Shown: in pieces, positions 46,797 through 61,353 of the stretch
Position numbering within the stretch: position 1 is the stretch's first letter
Layout: every line of letters begins with the position of its first letter
NCBI RefSeq assembly: GCF_902652985.1
Contig: NC_047032.1
Coordinates: 5,580,001 to 5,644,000 of the forward strand
Direction of reading: 5' to 3'
Origin: Pecten maximus
Taxonomy: Eukaryota
Length of the DNA stretch: 64,000 nucleotides
The notes under the pieces: model-generated
Seen by the model: only the letters and a program-made list of their open reading frames with translations
Database searches by the model: none
Told to the model about the DNA's origin: nothing
Made by a program: the position numbers and the translations under genes

Positions 46797-48966
46797 ATAT
46801 ATATATATATAGATATATATAGGAAGTGGGAAATCCTCCTCTCAGAGAAGACCAGTTATCTTCTTTATTTCATTTTCTTTTTGATTTGGGCCGATATATG
46901 GGTGCATGGATGACATGTGTAGAATATAAGGACATGTTACCATATATTGGGCAGATATGGTATGTGTTATGAAGATATGCATTTTACAGTTAGCTTACCA
47001 TATATGCAAAATTCTCCATATCACAAGACATTTGTGGAGATATATGTTACTCAAAGATATATGATTGGATGATCATGCTACAATATCAAACTTTTTTATA
47101 TTTCAATAAAATAAAAGTTGATCAAATTCTATAAAGAAATATGTATACTGACAAAATTAGATTAATCAGTTACAGCCTTTGATTATTCTTCTTTGGCATT
47201 GTATACGTAACAAGCAGGAAAGTAATAAATAACTATAACATATATGGTATAATACAACGATCTATATTATATATAGGAGCATCGCCTTGTCAATTTCTGC
47301 ATACCGGTGGTAATCTGACCTGGAAACCTACCACAAACCCTATAATAGTTTCATGTTGTGTGTTTCGTTGACATATTTTAGCCTTTCAGACCAGGTTTGT
47401 TGAAATCCGGCCCTTTGATCCAGTATACATCAAAAGTATGTAATACACACCTGTAAAGGTAATCAGTTGCCATGGTTTCTAACAGTTACAAGTTATGTTG
47501 CCTCACTGATGTGCATGGCCCAAAACAGTTAGCTTGAAAGTCTTAATCACATTCTATTAAATCAAGAATTTATTTTGTAAAGTTGGCCATGCTTTAAGCA
47601 TTAACTTGGCCCAGATGTCTTTTTAACTTAAAGGAAAACTTAACCAGATGCTTTAACATTGAAGATTGCAGCCTTAATTGTGAGAGTATAAAGGCAGCTT
47701 CCATCAGAGCTCATGAAAACACTGACAATAGTTGCATGTTTTTTTGTTTTTTTTTAATTAAGCCAAAAATTTCCTGATCAACAACAAACCAAATTATGTA
47801 GACAAACATATCCCTTTAATGCAAGTTACATCCACATTGCCTGTTTGGATTTCCTGGCTTAAAACCCATATTCAAAGCATAAAATATCAGCGTTATCTTA
47901 CACAAAGCAAGCAAACTTAACAGTTCTGATCAATTTGAACACAGAAAGCTTTGCCTGTATCAGACCAATCTCTCTCATTGTAGAACCTGACACATCTATA
48001 TAAGTACATTGTATCTATGTCCCATGATATCACACAAGATTAAAATCTAAATCCCGGACTATTCTGCTCAAGTTTCACACAACAATGCCTAACATGATGA
48101 ATGTTTAATAAAAGCTTGAAAGTATTTTAGCTGAACTGAAACCTTGCATCACAAGCCTACATTTTCATTGGTGGCAATTTGCCAAGTAAATTGACACAAA
48201 CTAGCTTGGTAACAAACATTTATCCGACCTTTGCTCACATGGCTGAGCGTCAACTACTGCAGACTTTTCTCCCATTTCATTTAACCTTAAAAACAAGCCA
48301 TGGAGCACTATTCCATGGCTGTCAATGTGTGCCTCTACTGTATGTAGTTAACACATTTTTATTATATTACAGACGGCCTGGACATCTGCGTATCCGATGT
48401 TCTTTTCGAAATGAAGAGTTGATAATTGTTTATGACGTAGTCTGAGGTTGATTAATTTATGTCTACATGCATATACTGATTTGTTACTGTATGAACTCAC
48501 ATGCACATTTTTAATAAACTCATTTATCACTATTTACGATAGAGACTTGCAAGACTCCATATTTTAATTTTTTCCCAAATACACTTCTTTCATGTTTGGT
48601 TTTATTACTAATTATGTGTATATATAAAGACCTTTCTTTATCTGTGCACCTTCCCTCCCTTTGGGCAAACACATCGTAATGGCAGCCTGATCTCTCTCAC
48701 ACCTTTTACTCTTTCACCTTGATGCGACTGTCTTTTTATGATCCTCTGTTGAACACCATCTTGGTCTGTGTCATTACAAATTCCAGACACTGTAAAAATG
48801 TCCTGATCAGAATTAAGTTTTAGCAACCCATTAGAACTAGTGTTTAAATATATTGACCAACATGATCACCTCTTCACTGCCCCAAGTAGGGCATTCATAC
48901 CAGTATACTAACAGGTATACCTGCCCCTCTTTGTCATTTTAAGACATTTTTAAGAAATATCATTTA

Positions 48967-51048
48967 CCTTTATAAAACTAGTACTAACCCAGACAAGTCC
49001 CTCGTTAACCAACCCTCCACAAGGACCTTTATAAGAACTAGTATTAACCCAGACAAGTCGAGCACGTTAACCAACCCTCCACAAGGACCTTTATAAGAAC
49101 TAGTATTAACCCATACAAGTCCACCTCGTTAACCAACCCTCCACAAGGACCTTATAAGAACTAGTATTAACCCAGACAAGTCGAGCACGTTAACCAACCC
49201 TCCACAAGGACCTTTATAAGAACTAGTATTAACCCATACAAGTCAAGCATGTTAACCAACCCTCCACAAGGACCTTTATAAGAACTAGTATTAACCCATA
49301 CAAGTCCACCTCGTTAACCAACCCTCCACAAGGACCTTATAAGAACTAGTATTAACCCAGACAAGTCGAGCACGTTAACCAACCCTCCACAAGGACCTTT
49401 ATAAGAACTAGTATTAACCCATACAAGTCCACCTCGTTAACCAACCCTCCACAAGGACCTTTATAAGAACTGGTACTAACCCATACAAGTCCACCTCGTT
49501 AACCAACCTTCCACAAGGACCTTATAAGAACTGGTACTAACCCATACAAGTCCACCTCGTTAACCAACCCTCCACAAGGACCTTTATAAGAACTGGTATT
49601 AACCCAGACAAGTCCCTCGTTAACTGACCCTCCGAGAGGACCTTTATAAGAACTGGTATTAACCCAGACAAGTCCACCTCGTTAACCAACCCTCCACAAG
49701 GACCATATAAGAACTGGTACTAACCCAGACAAGTCCCTCGTTAACTGACCCTCCGAGAGGACCTTTATAAGAACTGGTACTAACCCATAAAAGTCCCTCG
49801 TTAACTGACCCTCCGAGAGGACCTTTATAAGAACTGGTACTAACCCAGACAAGTCCCTCGTTAACTGACCCTCCGAGAGGACCTTATAAGAACTGGTACT
49901 AACCCAGACAAGTCGAGCTGATGTTAACCAACCCTCCGCAAGGACCATATAAGAACTGGTACTAACCCAGACAAGTCCCTCGTTAACTGACCCTCCGCGA
50001 GGACCTTATAAGAACTGGTACTAACCCATACAAGTCCCTCGTTAACTGACCCTCCGCGAGGACCTTATAAGAACTGGTACTAACCCAGACAAGTCCCTCG
50101 TTAACTGACCCTCCGCGAGGACCTTATAAGAACTGGTACTAACCCATACAAGTCCCTCGTTAACTGACCCTCCGCGAGGACCTTTATAAGAACTGGTACT
50201 AACCCAGACAAGTCCCTCGCTAACTGACCCTCCGCAAGGACCTTATAAGAACTGGTACTAACCCATACAAGTCCCTCGTTAATTGACCCTCCGCGAGAAC
50301 CTTTATAAGAACTGGTACTAACCCAGACAAGTCCCTCGTTAACTGACCCTCCGCCAGGACCTTGGTACTAACCCATACAAGTCCACCTCGTTAACTGACC
50401 CTCCGCCAGGACCTTGGTACTAACCCATACAAGTCCCTCGTTAACTGACCCTCCGCGAGGACCTTTATAAGAACTGGTACTAACCCATACAAGTCCCTCG
50501 TTAACTGACCCTCCGCCAGGACCTTGGTACTAACCCATACAATTCCACCTCGTTAACTGACCCTCCGCGAGGACCTTATAAGAACTGGTACTAACCCATA
50601 CAAGTCCCTCGTTAACTGACCCTCCGCGAGGACCTTTATAAGAACTGGTACTAACCCAGACAAGTCCCTCGCTAACTGACCCTCCGCAAGGACCTTATAA
50701 GAACTGGTACTAACCCATACAAGTCCCTCGTTAATTGACCCTCCGCGAGAACCTTTATAAGAACTGGTACTAACCCAGACAAGTCCCTCGTTAACTGACC
50801 CTCCGCCAGGACCTTGGTACTAACCCATACAAGTCCACCTCGTTAACTGACCCTCCGCCAGGACCTTGGTACTAACCCATACAAGTCCCTCGTTAACTGA
50901 CCCTCCGCGAGGACCTTTATAAGAACTGGTACTAACCCATACAAGTCCCTCGTTAACTGACCCTCCGCCAGGACCTTGGTACTAACCCATACAATTCCAC
51001 CTCGTTAACTGACCCTCCGCGAGGACCTTGGTACTAACCCAGTCCCTC
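48967..51048. repeat. ~60-bp minisatellite with a variant gradient
   Basis: Unit TTATAAGAACTGGTACTAACCCAGACAAGTCCCTCGTTAACTGACCCTCCGCGAGGACCT. Confidence 0.96.
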
Positions 51049-52010
51049 CATAGTATAATGATAAAGTACCTGTACAGACATTAAACAGTACTGCTTCCTG
51101 CTAGTAAAACTATTCTGTATTGTAACTTGACATTTATAGTCCAGTTTTACAATCATGGTCACGCACTCTCGACCTTCTCACCTTTCAGATAATGTACAGT
51201 GCTAGGAAACAACCTATATATGTGGCGAAATCATGGAGAGTTCTCATAAAATATCACAAATGGCATGGGTAGAGCTGCAGTTTCCGCTGCGTTAATTAGG
51301 TTTATTATTTTTGTATGGTTCTGAAGGAACTTCGGAAACTTTCCACTGGGAAGTTATGGTTTTAAAACTATCTACCACCAGGGGTGCAGGTAGGGATGTT
51401 ATTTTGGTTAAATATGGGTCTGAACAAACTTTTAATTTACAACACTGTAACTACAAATCTTAAGATTCAAAGGGATTAACTTCTCTACAGGAAATTCATA
51501 AAGAATTCAAATGAAGGAGTGAAATTGGGATTCCTTTTTCATGTATCTTGAGGATAGGAGCATGCTCTGAGTAGAGAAAAGGGAAAAAGGATTTAGGGGC
51601 CATAGTGATATCAATTTACTATTAGGGGGTACTAATCATTTAGGTTAGGTATAGACCCCGATTTTACACTGAAAGCTTCTACAATTTCTTAGGGACTGGT
51701 TTAAAAGTCTGATATTCCCATAATCCATGCTGCTACATTGTGCTCTTTGCAGCTGCATCTATTTTGTTTGGATGTAAAATGGAAAATATGAAATAGAAAT
51801 GACTTAATTCATTTAAAGTTACGATCTATAATAACAACAGACCTAAAATTAATGTGTATTGATTCAATATATCACACAGAACAGTTTTTTGCTTGGCAAT
51901 GTGTGCAAATTTAACACCGATATGCTTATAGATCTGAACTGACAGCAAACCTTTACTAAATTCTTTTACTTAGAATACATAAAGATTTATAGGGTAACTG
52001 GGAAACAGAG

Positions 52011-52976
52011 GCTGACGAGGGTTGGGAACAGAAAGCAATGTTATTTAAACTATTGCTGACGAGGGTCGGGAACAGAAAGCAATGTTATTTAAACTTTTGC
52101 TGACGAGGGTCGGGAACAGAAAGCAATGTTATTTAAACTATTGGTGACGAGGGTTGGGAACAGAAAGCAATGTTATTTAAACTATTGGTGACGAGGGTTG
52201 GGAACAGAAAGCAATGTTATTTAAACTATTGGTGACGAGGGTTGGGAACAGAAAGCAATGTTATTTAAACTTTTGGTGACGAGGGTCGGGAACAGAAAGC
52301 AATGTTATTTAAACTATTGGTGACGAGGGTTGGGAACAGAAAGCAATGTTATTTAAACTATTGGTGACGAGGGTCAGGAACAGAAAGCAATGTTATTTAA
52401 ACTATTGCTGACGAGGGTTGGGAACAGAAAGCAATGTTATTTAAACTTTTGCTGACGAGGGTCGGAAACAGAAAGCAATGTTATTTAAACTATTGCTGAC
52501 GAGGGTTGGGAACAGAAAGCAATGTTATTTAAACTATTGCTGACGAGGGTTGGGAACAGAAAGCAATGTTATTTAAACTTTTGCTGACGAGGGTTGGGAA
52601 CAGAAAGCAATGTTATTTAAACTTTTGCTGACGAGGGTTGGGAACAGAAAGCAATGTTATTTAAACTTTTGCGGACGAGGGTCGGGAACAGAAAGCAATG
52701 TTATTTAAACAATTGCTGACGAGGGTCAGGAACAGAAAGCAATGTTATTTAAACTTTTGCTGACGAGGGTCGGGAACAGAAAGCAATGTTATTTAAACTA
52801 TTGCTGACGAGGGTCGGGAACAGAAAGCAATGTTATTTAAACTTTTGCTGACGAGGGTTGGGAACAGAAAGCAATGTTATTTAAACTTTTGCTGACGAGG
52901 GTTGGGAACAGAAAGCAATGTTATTTAAACTTTTGCTGACGAGGGTTGGGAACAGAAAGCAATGTTATTTAAACTA
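52011..52976. repeat. 44-bp minisatellite x~22
   Basis: Unit GCTGACGAGGGTTGGGAACAGAAAGCAATGTTATTTAAACTATT. Confidence 0.97.
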
Positions 52977-53502
52977 TGTTACAGAGTCTTTATAGTAAAA
53001 TGTGGAAGCACCTCTACAACCAATTACTGCGATTCCCTGGAGTTTATCCAAAGCTTGTGTTGTTATATAATACCTGGTTCCTAGGCTTACTCTAAACCTC
53101 CCAGTTAAATGTGAACATCTGACGCTCCAATCTCACATGTTCTACAGATCTGTATTCCTGTTAACTACATTCGACATCCTCTAGCTTCCTATTTATTGAA
53201 ATGTTGTGTAATAGTGTCCATGTTTGAAATATCCAGGAAAGACATACAGGACAAGATCAGTATGACAAGGTGTAGATCGTATTTATCAGACTTGACTTGT
53301 TATCATCTTACACAGACCCAAGATCAAAGTGCCGAGATGATTGTAAGCATTAAACACTGGATAAAAGTAGAAAAAATATCAGGGTGGAGCACTAGTTTGG
53401 ATAGAGAGAATAAGGTCAGTCAATGAAATGTTGGAGACAGGAAATGGTTGGAGAGTGAATAAGATCTCCACAGAAAGAGAACATGATCAGATAGTAAATA
53501 TA

Positions 53503-54480
53503 ATGGTCAAACAGTATATATGGTCAGATAGTATATATGGTCAGACAGTATACCGTATTTGACCTAATAAGGGCGCAGGGCGCGGGTAATTGACAGTGGG
53601 GGCGCCCTTATTAAGATTAGTTATTCTGAAGTTTTATGAAACAGACTATACCTTATAGCAGAATACCCAAGGTTGTGGAAACGGTAAAATATTCAGTCAT
53701 AAAAATATTCCAGATGAAGATATCTATTCATTATCATATATTAAGCTTAAACATGACTTGAATACTCCTGTAAACTTGTAAACCATGCCAGCTGATCTTT
53801 AGACCAGAGAACGTGTGTTCCACCATTTATGTTCAAATGGAACTCTTTTGTGTTCTATTTATAGAAACAGGTGATTTCCCAGATCACATCAGACATCGTT
53901 TTCTTTGACCTAATAATTGATTTACAATGTATTTTACTAGCTTTCTGTTCTGAACAAAAGTTATTTATCAACAAGAATGAAGTCTTTACTTTATCTTCAA
54001 ATAAAGATGGTAAGTTATTATTTGTATGTGTGTTTAGTTTTGGGTGCTCTTTGCACTGACATGTCATCTGTAGCCTGTAGGAATACACAAAATGTGGCGA
54101 AAACATGTGTTCCAGTTACTTAATTTGCTGAAGAAAATTGAACACATAAAGTAGCAAAATATTTCACATGAATTATTACTTTTGAACACCATTTTGACAC
54201 TCAGTCAAAGATGTATTTCCTTGAAAAAAGGTAGGGGCGCCCTTATTAGGGCAGGCGCCCTTATTAGGTCAAATACGGTATATGGTCAGACAGTATATAT
54301 GGTCAGATAGTATATATGGTCATATAGTATATATGGTCAGACAGTATATATGGTCAGATAGTATATATGGTCAGAGAGTATATACGGTCAGATGGTATAT
54401 ACGGTCAGATGGTATATACGGTCAGATGGTATATATGGTCAGATAGTATATATGGTCAGATAGTATATATGGTCAGATAG
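53503..54480. repeat. 17-bp tandem repeat interrupted by a MITE
   Basis: Unit GGTCAGATAGTATATAT on both sides of 53553-54278. Confidence 0.88.
53553..54278. mobile_element. 726-bp non-autonomous Tc1/mariner (pogo-like) MITE
   Basis: 24-bp TIRs CCGTATTTGACCTAATAAGGGCGC / GCGCCCTTATTAGGTCAAATACGG. TA on both sides. Subterminal GGGCGCCCTTATTA repeats. No transposase ORF. Confidence 0.92.
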
Positions 54481-54734
54481 TGAATAAAATTGGAAAAAGA
54501 AAGTTTGAAAAGTGAACAGGGCCGGAAATAGAGATACTTAAATGAGGGAGATCAACTTCACCATAAAGAAATACAGCTAACACATGCTATCACTACCAAC
54601 CCATACAAATAACAACTCACCGAATTTGAAACAGATGACATTTTCAATAAAAATATTAACCTAATATTGGGTTTGATTGTCAATCAAATGTGTCTACCAT
54701 GTCTGTGTCATTGGGTATCATTACCCGACACTTC

Positions 54735-55850
54735 ACCACGTCCCAGCAATACCTTTAAGATCTTGTGAATACCAGCCACCACGTCCCTACAATACCTTTA
54801 AGATCTTGTGAAAACCAGCCACCACGTCCCTACAATACCTTTAAGATCTTGTGAATACCAGTCACCACGTCCCTACATTACCTTTAAGATCTTGTGAATA
54901 CCAGTACCACGTCCCTACAATACCTTTAAGATCTTGTGAATACCAGTACCACGTCCCTACAATACCTTTAAGATCTTGTGAATACCAGCCACCACGTCCC
55001 TACAATACCTTTAAGATCTTGTGAATACCAGCCACCACGTCCCTACAATACCTTTAAGATCTTGTGAATACCAGTCACCACGTCCCTACAATACCTTTAA
55101 GATCTTGTGAATACCAGTACCACGTCCCTACAATACCTTTAAGATCTTGTGAATACCAGTACCACGTCCCTACAATACCTTTAAGATCTTGTGAATACCA
55201 GCCACCACGTCCCTACAATACCTTTAAGATCTTGTGAATACCAGTCACCACGTCCCTGCAATACCTTTAAGATCTTGTGAATACCAGTACCACGTCCCAG
55301 CAATACCTTTAAGATCTTGTGAATACCAGTCACCACGTCCCTACAATACCTTTAAGATCTTGTGAATACCAGTCACCACGTCCCAGCAATACCTGCAAGA
55401 TCTTGTGAATACCAGTCACCACGTCCCTACAATACCTTTAAGATCTTGTGAATACCAGTCACCACGTCCCTACAATACCTTTAAGATCTTGTGAATACCA
55501 GTACCACGTCCCTACAATACCTTTAAGATCTTGTGAATACCAGTCACCACGTCCCTACAATACCTTTAAGATCTTGTGAATACCAGTACCACGTCCCTAC
55601 AATACCTTTAAGATCTTGTGAATACCAGTCACCACGTCCCTGCAATACCTTTAAGATCTTGTGAATACCAGTCACCACGTCCCTACAATACCTTTAAGAT
55701 CTTGTGAATACCAGTCACCACGTCCCAGCAATACCTTTAAGATCTTGTGAATACCAGTCACCACGTCCCTACAATACCTTTAAGATCTTGTGAATACCGG
55801 TACCAGTCACCACGTCCCTGCAATACCTTTAAGATCTTGTGAATACCAGC
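54735..55850. repeat. 43-bp minisatellite
   Basis: Unit CACCACGTCCCTACAATACCTTTAAGATCTTGTGAATACCAGT. Confidence 0.97.
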
Positions 55851-57019
55851 CATACTCAATCAGCAGATTTTGTTTGATATCAAACTCTTCGGCTGGTAGC
55901 CCATCGTACCAGAAGTTCATTTAGAGGTATTACTGTATGGTTTGAATTGTACGTACTAGCATTGACATTTGTAGTGTTCGAGATGGTAATAGAAACGACA
56001 AAATTTTTTAGAATGTTTCATCTCTATCATGATCCTATTGACACCAAGTTGACAAGTTGTGACAAGATGGTAAAAATAAAATAGAATCAAGTAATATCGT
56101 CGAAATGTCACACTCTTAAATATCATTTTGGTTGTGTTTTATAACTTCTATCATACTAACATTATATATAATTATCAGCCAGAAGAAAGTTTTCCAGAAT
56201 ACCTGATCTAAACAATTTCACAGAATGTGGACTTTTCTAAAATGTGTACCATATATAAATTCGATTCTTTTCTTCATTGTGAATGATCAGACAAAAGTGT
56301 CATTTAACCAGCTCAATTAGACCCTTGGCTGCTGCATTGCTTTGTATAGACATTAATTATTGCTATGGTTTTTATTATTATTATTTTTCTGTAAATTGCT
56401 GTAGTTAATGTGCAGGTGACACTAGCTTAAAATACATGGGAGTTAGCCATGACTCCAATGAGGACCAGCTGGGGCCTGTTGGTTTATGAAGACAATAAAA
56501 AACTGGGTTTGTCTGTTGCATCTTGACAGACCTACCAATGAAGGACATTAAAGTTCAGAAAACGAAACAAAATCACCAGTTCTGTCCTTATTCCATAAAC
56601 GAGCAACTCTGCATGGTCCAATGGATACACGAAACCATCCCAGTTTTATCAAAACACCTGATGTTCAAAGTAAATGTCAATAAGATTTTATCAAAAGAAC
56701 CCAATAAGAACTGTTAAGTCCACTCCCTCAGTAGACATATCTGAAACAGCAGATCCATGTCAACATCTAGTTGATCTGATGCATGTCCTTTGTATGTTGA
56801 TAATTATTTATGTTATTAAGCTTGGGAAGGGTTTCTCTATAATCTACACCTTGTGTAATTTGTACTTGATGGTCCCAGGGACAGGTAGATTCTTCATTAA
56901 TTACTAACTGGTACATTGGATACCCACTTGGTACTAGAGTCATTGCACCAACACATCGTACAGGTACATATATTGTCCTCATAATGACTTCTGGTCGACA
57001 CTATAAAACTCATACAACC

Positions 57020-60000
57020 ATAAATGACTTATAAACATTACCCAGTACCAGTGAATGTGAGTATGAAGTGACATATAAATATAACACAGTAACGGGTACC
57101 ATTGAATGTGAGTATGAGGTGATGTATAAACATTACCCAGTAACATTGAATGTGAGTATGAAGTGACTTATAAATATAACACAGTAACGGGTACCATTGA
57201 ATGTGAGTATGAAGTGACATATATAAATATAACACAGTAACGGGTACCATTGAATGTGAGTATGAAGTGATGTATAAACACCCAGTAACATTGAATGTGA
57301 GTATGAAATGACTTATATAAATATAACACAGTAACGGGTACCATTGAATGTGAGTATGAAGTGATGTATAAACATTACCCAGTAACATTGAATGTGAGTA
57401 TGAAGTGACATATAAATATAACACAGTAATGGGTACCATTGAATGTGAGTATGAAGTGACTTATATAAATATAACACAGTAACGGGTACCATTGAATGTG
57501 AGTATGAAGTGACTTATAAATATAACACAGTAACCGGTACCATTGAATGTGAGTATGAAGTGATGTATAAACACCCAGTAACATTGAATGTGAGTATGAA
57601 GTGACTTATAAATATAACACAGTAAGGGGTACCATTGAATGTGAGTATGAAGTGACATATATAAATATAACACAGTAACCGGTACCATTGAATGTGAGTA
57701 TGAAGTGATGTATAAACACCCAGTACCATTGAATGTGAGTATGAAGTGACATATAAATATAACACAGTAACGGGTACCATTGAATGTGAGTATGAAGTGA
57801 TGTATAAACACCCAGTACCATTGAATGTGAGTATGAAGTGACATATATAAATATAACACAGTAACGGGTACCATTGAATGTGAGTATGAAGTGATGTATA
57901 AACACCCAGTAACATTGAATGTGAGTATGAAGTGACATATATAAATATAACACAGTAACGGGTACCATTGAATGTGAGTATGAAGTGACTTATAAACACC
58001 CAGTACCATTGAATGTGAGTATGAAGTGACATATATAAATATAACACAGTAACGGGTACCATTGAATGTGAGTATGAAGTGATGTATAAACACCCAGTAA
58101 CATTGAATGTGAGTATGAAGTGACATATAAATATAACACAGTAACGGGTACCATTGAATGTGAGTATGAAGTGACTTATAAACACCCAGTACCATTGAAT
58201 GTGAGTATGAAGTGATGTATAAACACCCAGTAACATTGAATGTGAGTATGAAGTGATGTATAAACACCCAGTAACATTGAATGTGAGTATGAAGTGATGT
58301 ATAAACACCCAGTAACATTGAATGTGAGTATGAAGTTATGTATAAACACCCAGTAACATTGAATGCGAGTATGAAGTGATGTATAAACACCCAGTAACAT
58401 TGAATGTGAGTATGAAGTGATGTATAAACACCCAGTAACATTGAATGCGAGTATGAAGTGATGTATAAACACCCAGTAACATTGAATGCGAGTATGAAGT
58501 GATGTATAAACACCCAGTAACATTGAATGCGAGTATGAAGTGATGTATAAATATAACACAGTAACGGGTACCATTGAATGTGAGTATGAAGTGACTTATA
58601 AACACCCAGTAACATTGAATGTGAGTATGAAGTGATGTATAAACACCCAGTAACATTGAATGTGAGTATGAAGTGATGTATAAACACCCAGTAACATTGA
58701 ATGTGAGTATGAAGTGATGTATAAACACCCAGTAACATTGAATGTGAGTATGAAGTTATGTATAAACACCCAGTAACATTGAATGTGAGTATGAAGTGAT
58801 GTATAAACACCCAGTAACATTGAATGTGAGTATGAAGTGATGTATAAACACCCAGTAACATTGAATGTGAGTATGAAGGTATGTATAAACACCCAGTAAC
58901 ATTGAATGCGAGTATGAAGTGATGTATAAACACCCAGTAACATTGAATGCGAGTATGAAGTGATGTATAAACACCCAGTAACATTGAATGCGAGTATGAA
59001 GTGATGTATAAACACCCAGTAACATTGAATGCGAGTATGAAGTGACTTATAAACACCCAGTAACATTGAATGCGAGTATGAAGTGACTTATAAACACCCA
59101 GTAACATTGAATGTGAGTATGAAGTGATGTATAAACACCCAGTAACATTGAATGCGAGTATGAAGTTATGTATAAACACCCAGTAACATTGAATGCGAGT
59201 ATGAAGTTATGTATAAACACCCAGTACCATTGAATGTGAGTATGAAGTGATGTATAAACACCCAGTAACATTGAATGCGAGTATGAATTTATGTATAAAC
59301 ACCCAGTAACATTGAATGTGAGTATGAAGTGATGTATAAACACCCAGTAACATTGAATGTGAGTATGAAGTTATGTATAAACACCCAGTAACATTGAATG
59401 TGAGTATGAAGTTATGTATAAACACCCAGTAACATTGAATGTGAGTATGAAGTTATGTATAAACACCCAGTAACATTGAATGTGAGTATGAAGTTATGTA
59501 TAAATATAACACAGTAACGGGTACCATTGAATGCGAGTATGAAGTTATGTATAAACACCCAGTAACATTGAATGTGAGTATGAAGTTATGTATAAACACC
59601 CAGTAACATTGAATGTGAGTATGAAGTTATGTATAAACACCCAGTAACATTGAATGTGAGTATGAAGTTATGTATAAACACCCAGTAACATTGAATGTGA
59701 GTATGAAGTGACTTATAAACACCCAGTAACATTGAATGTGAGTATGAAGTGATGTATAAACACCCAGTAACATTGAATGTGAGTATGAAGTTATGTATAA
59801 ACACCCAGTAACATTGAATGTGAGTATGAAGTTATGTATAAACACCCAGTAACATTGAATGTGAGTATGAAGTTATGTATAAACACCCAGTAACATTGAA
59901 TGCGAGTATGAAGTGATGTATAAACACCCAGTAACATTGAATGCGAGTATGAAGTGATGTATAAACACCCAGTAACATTGAATGTGAGTATGAAGTGACT

Positions 60001-61353
60001 TATAAACACCCAGTAACATTGAATGTGAGTATGAAGTTATGTATAAACACCCAGTAACATTGAATGTGAGTATGAAGTTATGTATAAACACCCAGTAACA
60101 TTGAATGTGAGTATGAAGTTATGTATAAACACCCAGTAACATTGAATGTGAGTATGAAGTTATGTATAAACACCCAGTAACATTGAATGTGAGTATGAAG
60201 TGATGTATAAACACCCAGTAACATTGAATGTGAGTATGAAGTGACTTATAAACACCCAGTAACATTGCATGTGAGTATGAAGTGATGTATAAACACCCAG
60301 TAACATTGAATGTGAGTATGAAGTGATGTATAAACACCCAGTAACATTGAATGTGAGTATGAAGTGATGTATAAACACCCAGTAACATTGAATGTGAGTA
60401 TGAAGTTATGTATAAACACCCAGTAACATTGAATGTGAGTATGAAGTGATGTATAAACACCCAGTAACATTGAATGTGAGTATGAAGTGATGTATAAACA
60501 CCCAGTAACATTGAATGTGAGTATGAAGTTATGTATAAACACCCAGTAACATTGAATGCGAGTATGAAGTGATGTATAAACACCCAGTAACATTGAATGC
60601 GAGTATGAAGTGATGTATAAACACCCAGTAACATTGAATGCGAGTATGAAGTGATGTATAAACACCCAGTAACATTGAATGCGAGTATGAAGTGATGTAT
60701 AAACACCCAGTAACATTGAATGCGAGTATGAAGTGATGTATAAACACCCAGTAACATTGAATGCGAGTATGAAGTTATGTATAAACACCCAGTAACATTG
60801 AATGTGAGTATGAAGTGATGTATAAACACCCAGTAACATTGAATGCGAGTATGAAGTTATGTATAAACACCCAGTAACATTGAATGCGAGTATGAAGTGA
60901 CTTATAAACACCCAGTAACATTAAATGCGAGTATGAAGTTATGTATAAACACCCAGTAACATTGAATGTGAGTATGAAGTGATGTATAAACACCCAGTAA
61001 CATTGAATGTGAGTATGAAGTGATGTATAAACACCCAGTAACATTGAATGCGAGTATGAAGTTATGTATAAACACCCAGTACCATTGAATGTGAGTATGA
61101 AGTGATGTATAAACACCCAGTAACATTGAATGCGAGTATGAATTTATGTATAAACACCCAGTAACATTGAATGTGAGTATGAAGTGATGTATAAACACCC
61201 AGTAACATTGAATGTGAGTATGAAGTTATGTATAAACACCCAGTAACATTGAATGTGAGTATGAAGTGATGTATAAACACCCAGTAACATTGAATGCGAG
61301 TATGAAGTGATGTATAAACACCCAGTAACATTGAATGTGAGTATGAAGTGACT
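57020..61353. repeat. 41-bp minisatellite with an interspersed longer variant
   Basis: Unit AAACACCCAGTAACATTGAATGTGAGTATGAAGTGATGTAT. The variant carrying AAATATAACACAGTAACGGGTACC is concentrated in the left third. Confidence 0.97.

Noticed and set aside
48649-48789. Possible upstream syndecan exon (SGICNDTDQDGVQQRIIKRQSHQ...)
   Set aside because: Good acceptor (TTTTTACAG) but no convincing phase-0 donor, no signal peptide and no syndecan feature; needs RNA evidence.
9432-61353. Regular repeats as CRISPR arrays
   Set aside because: Head-to-tail units without unique spacers, no cas genes, and a spliced eukaryotic context.
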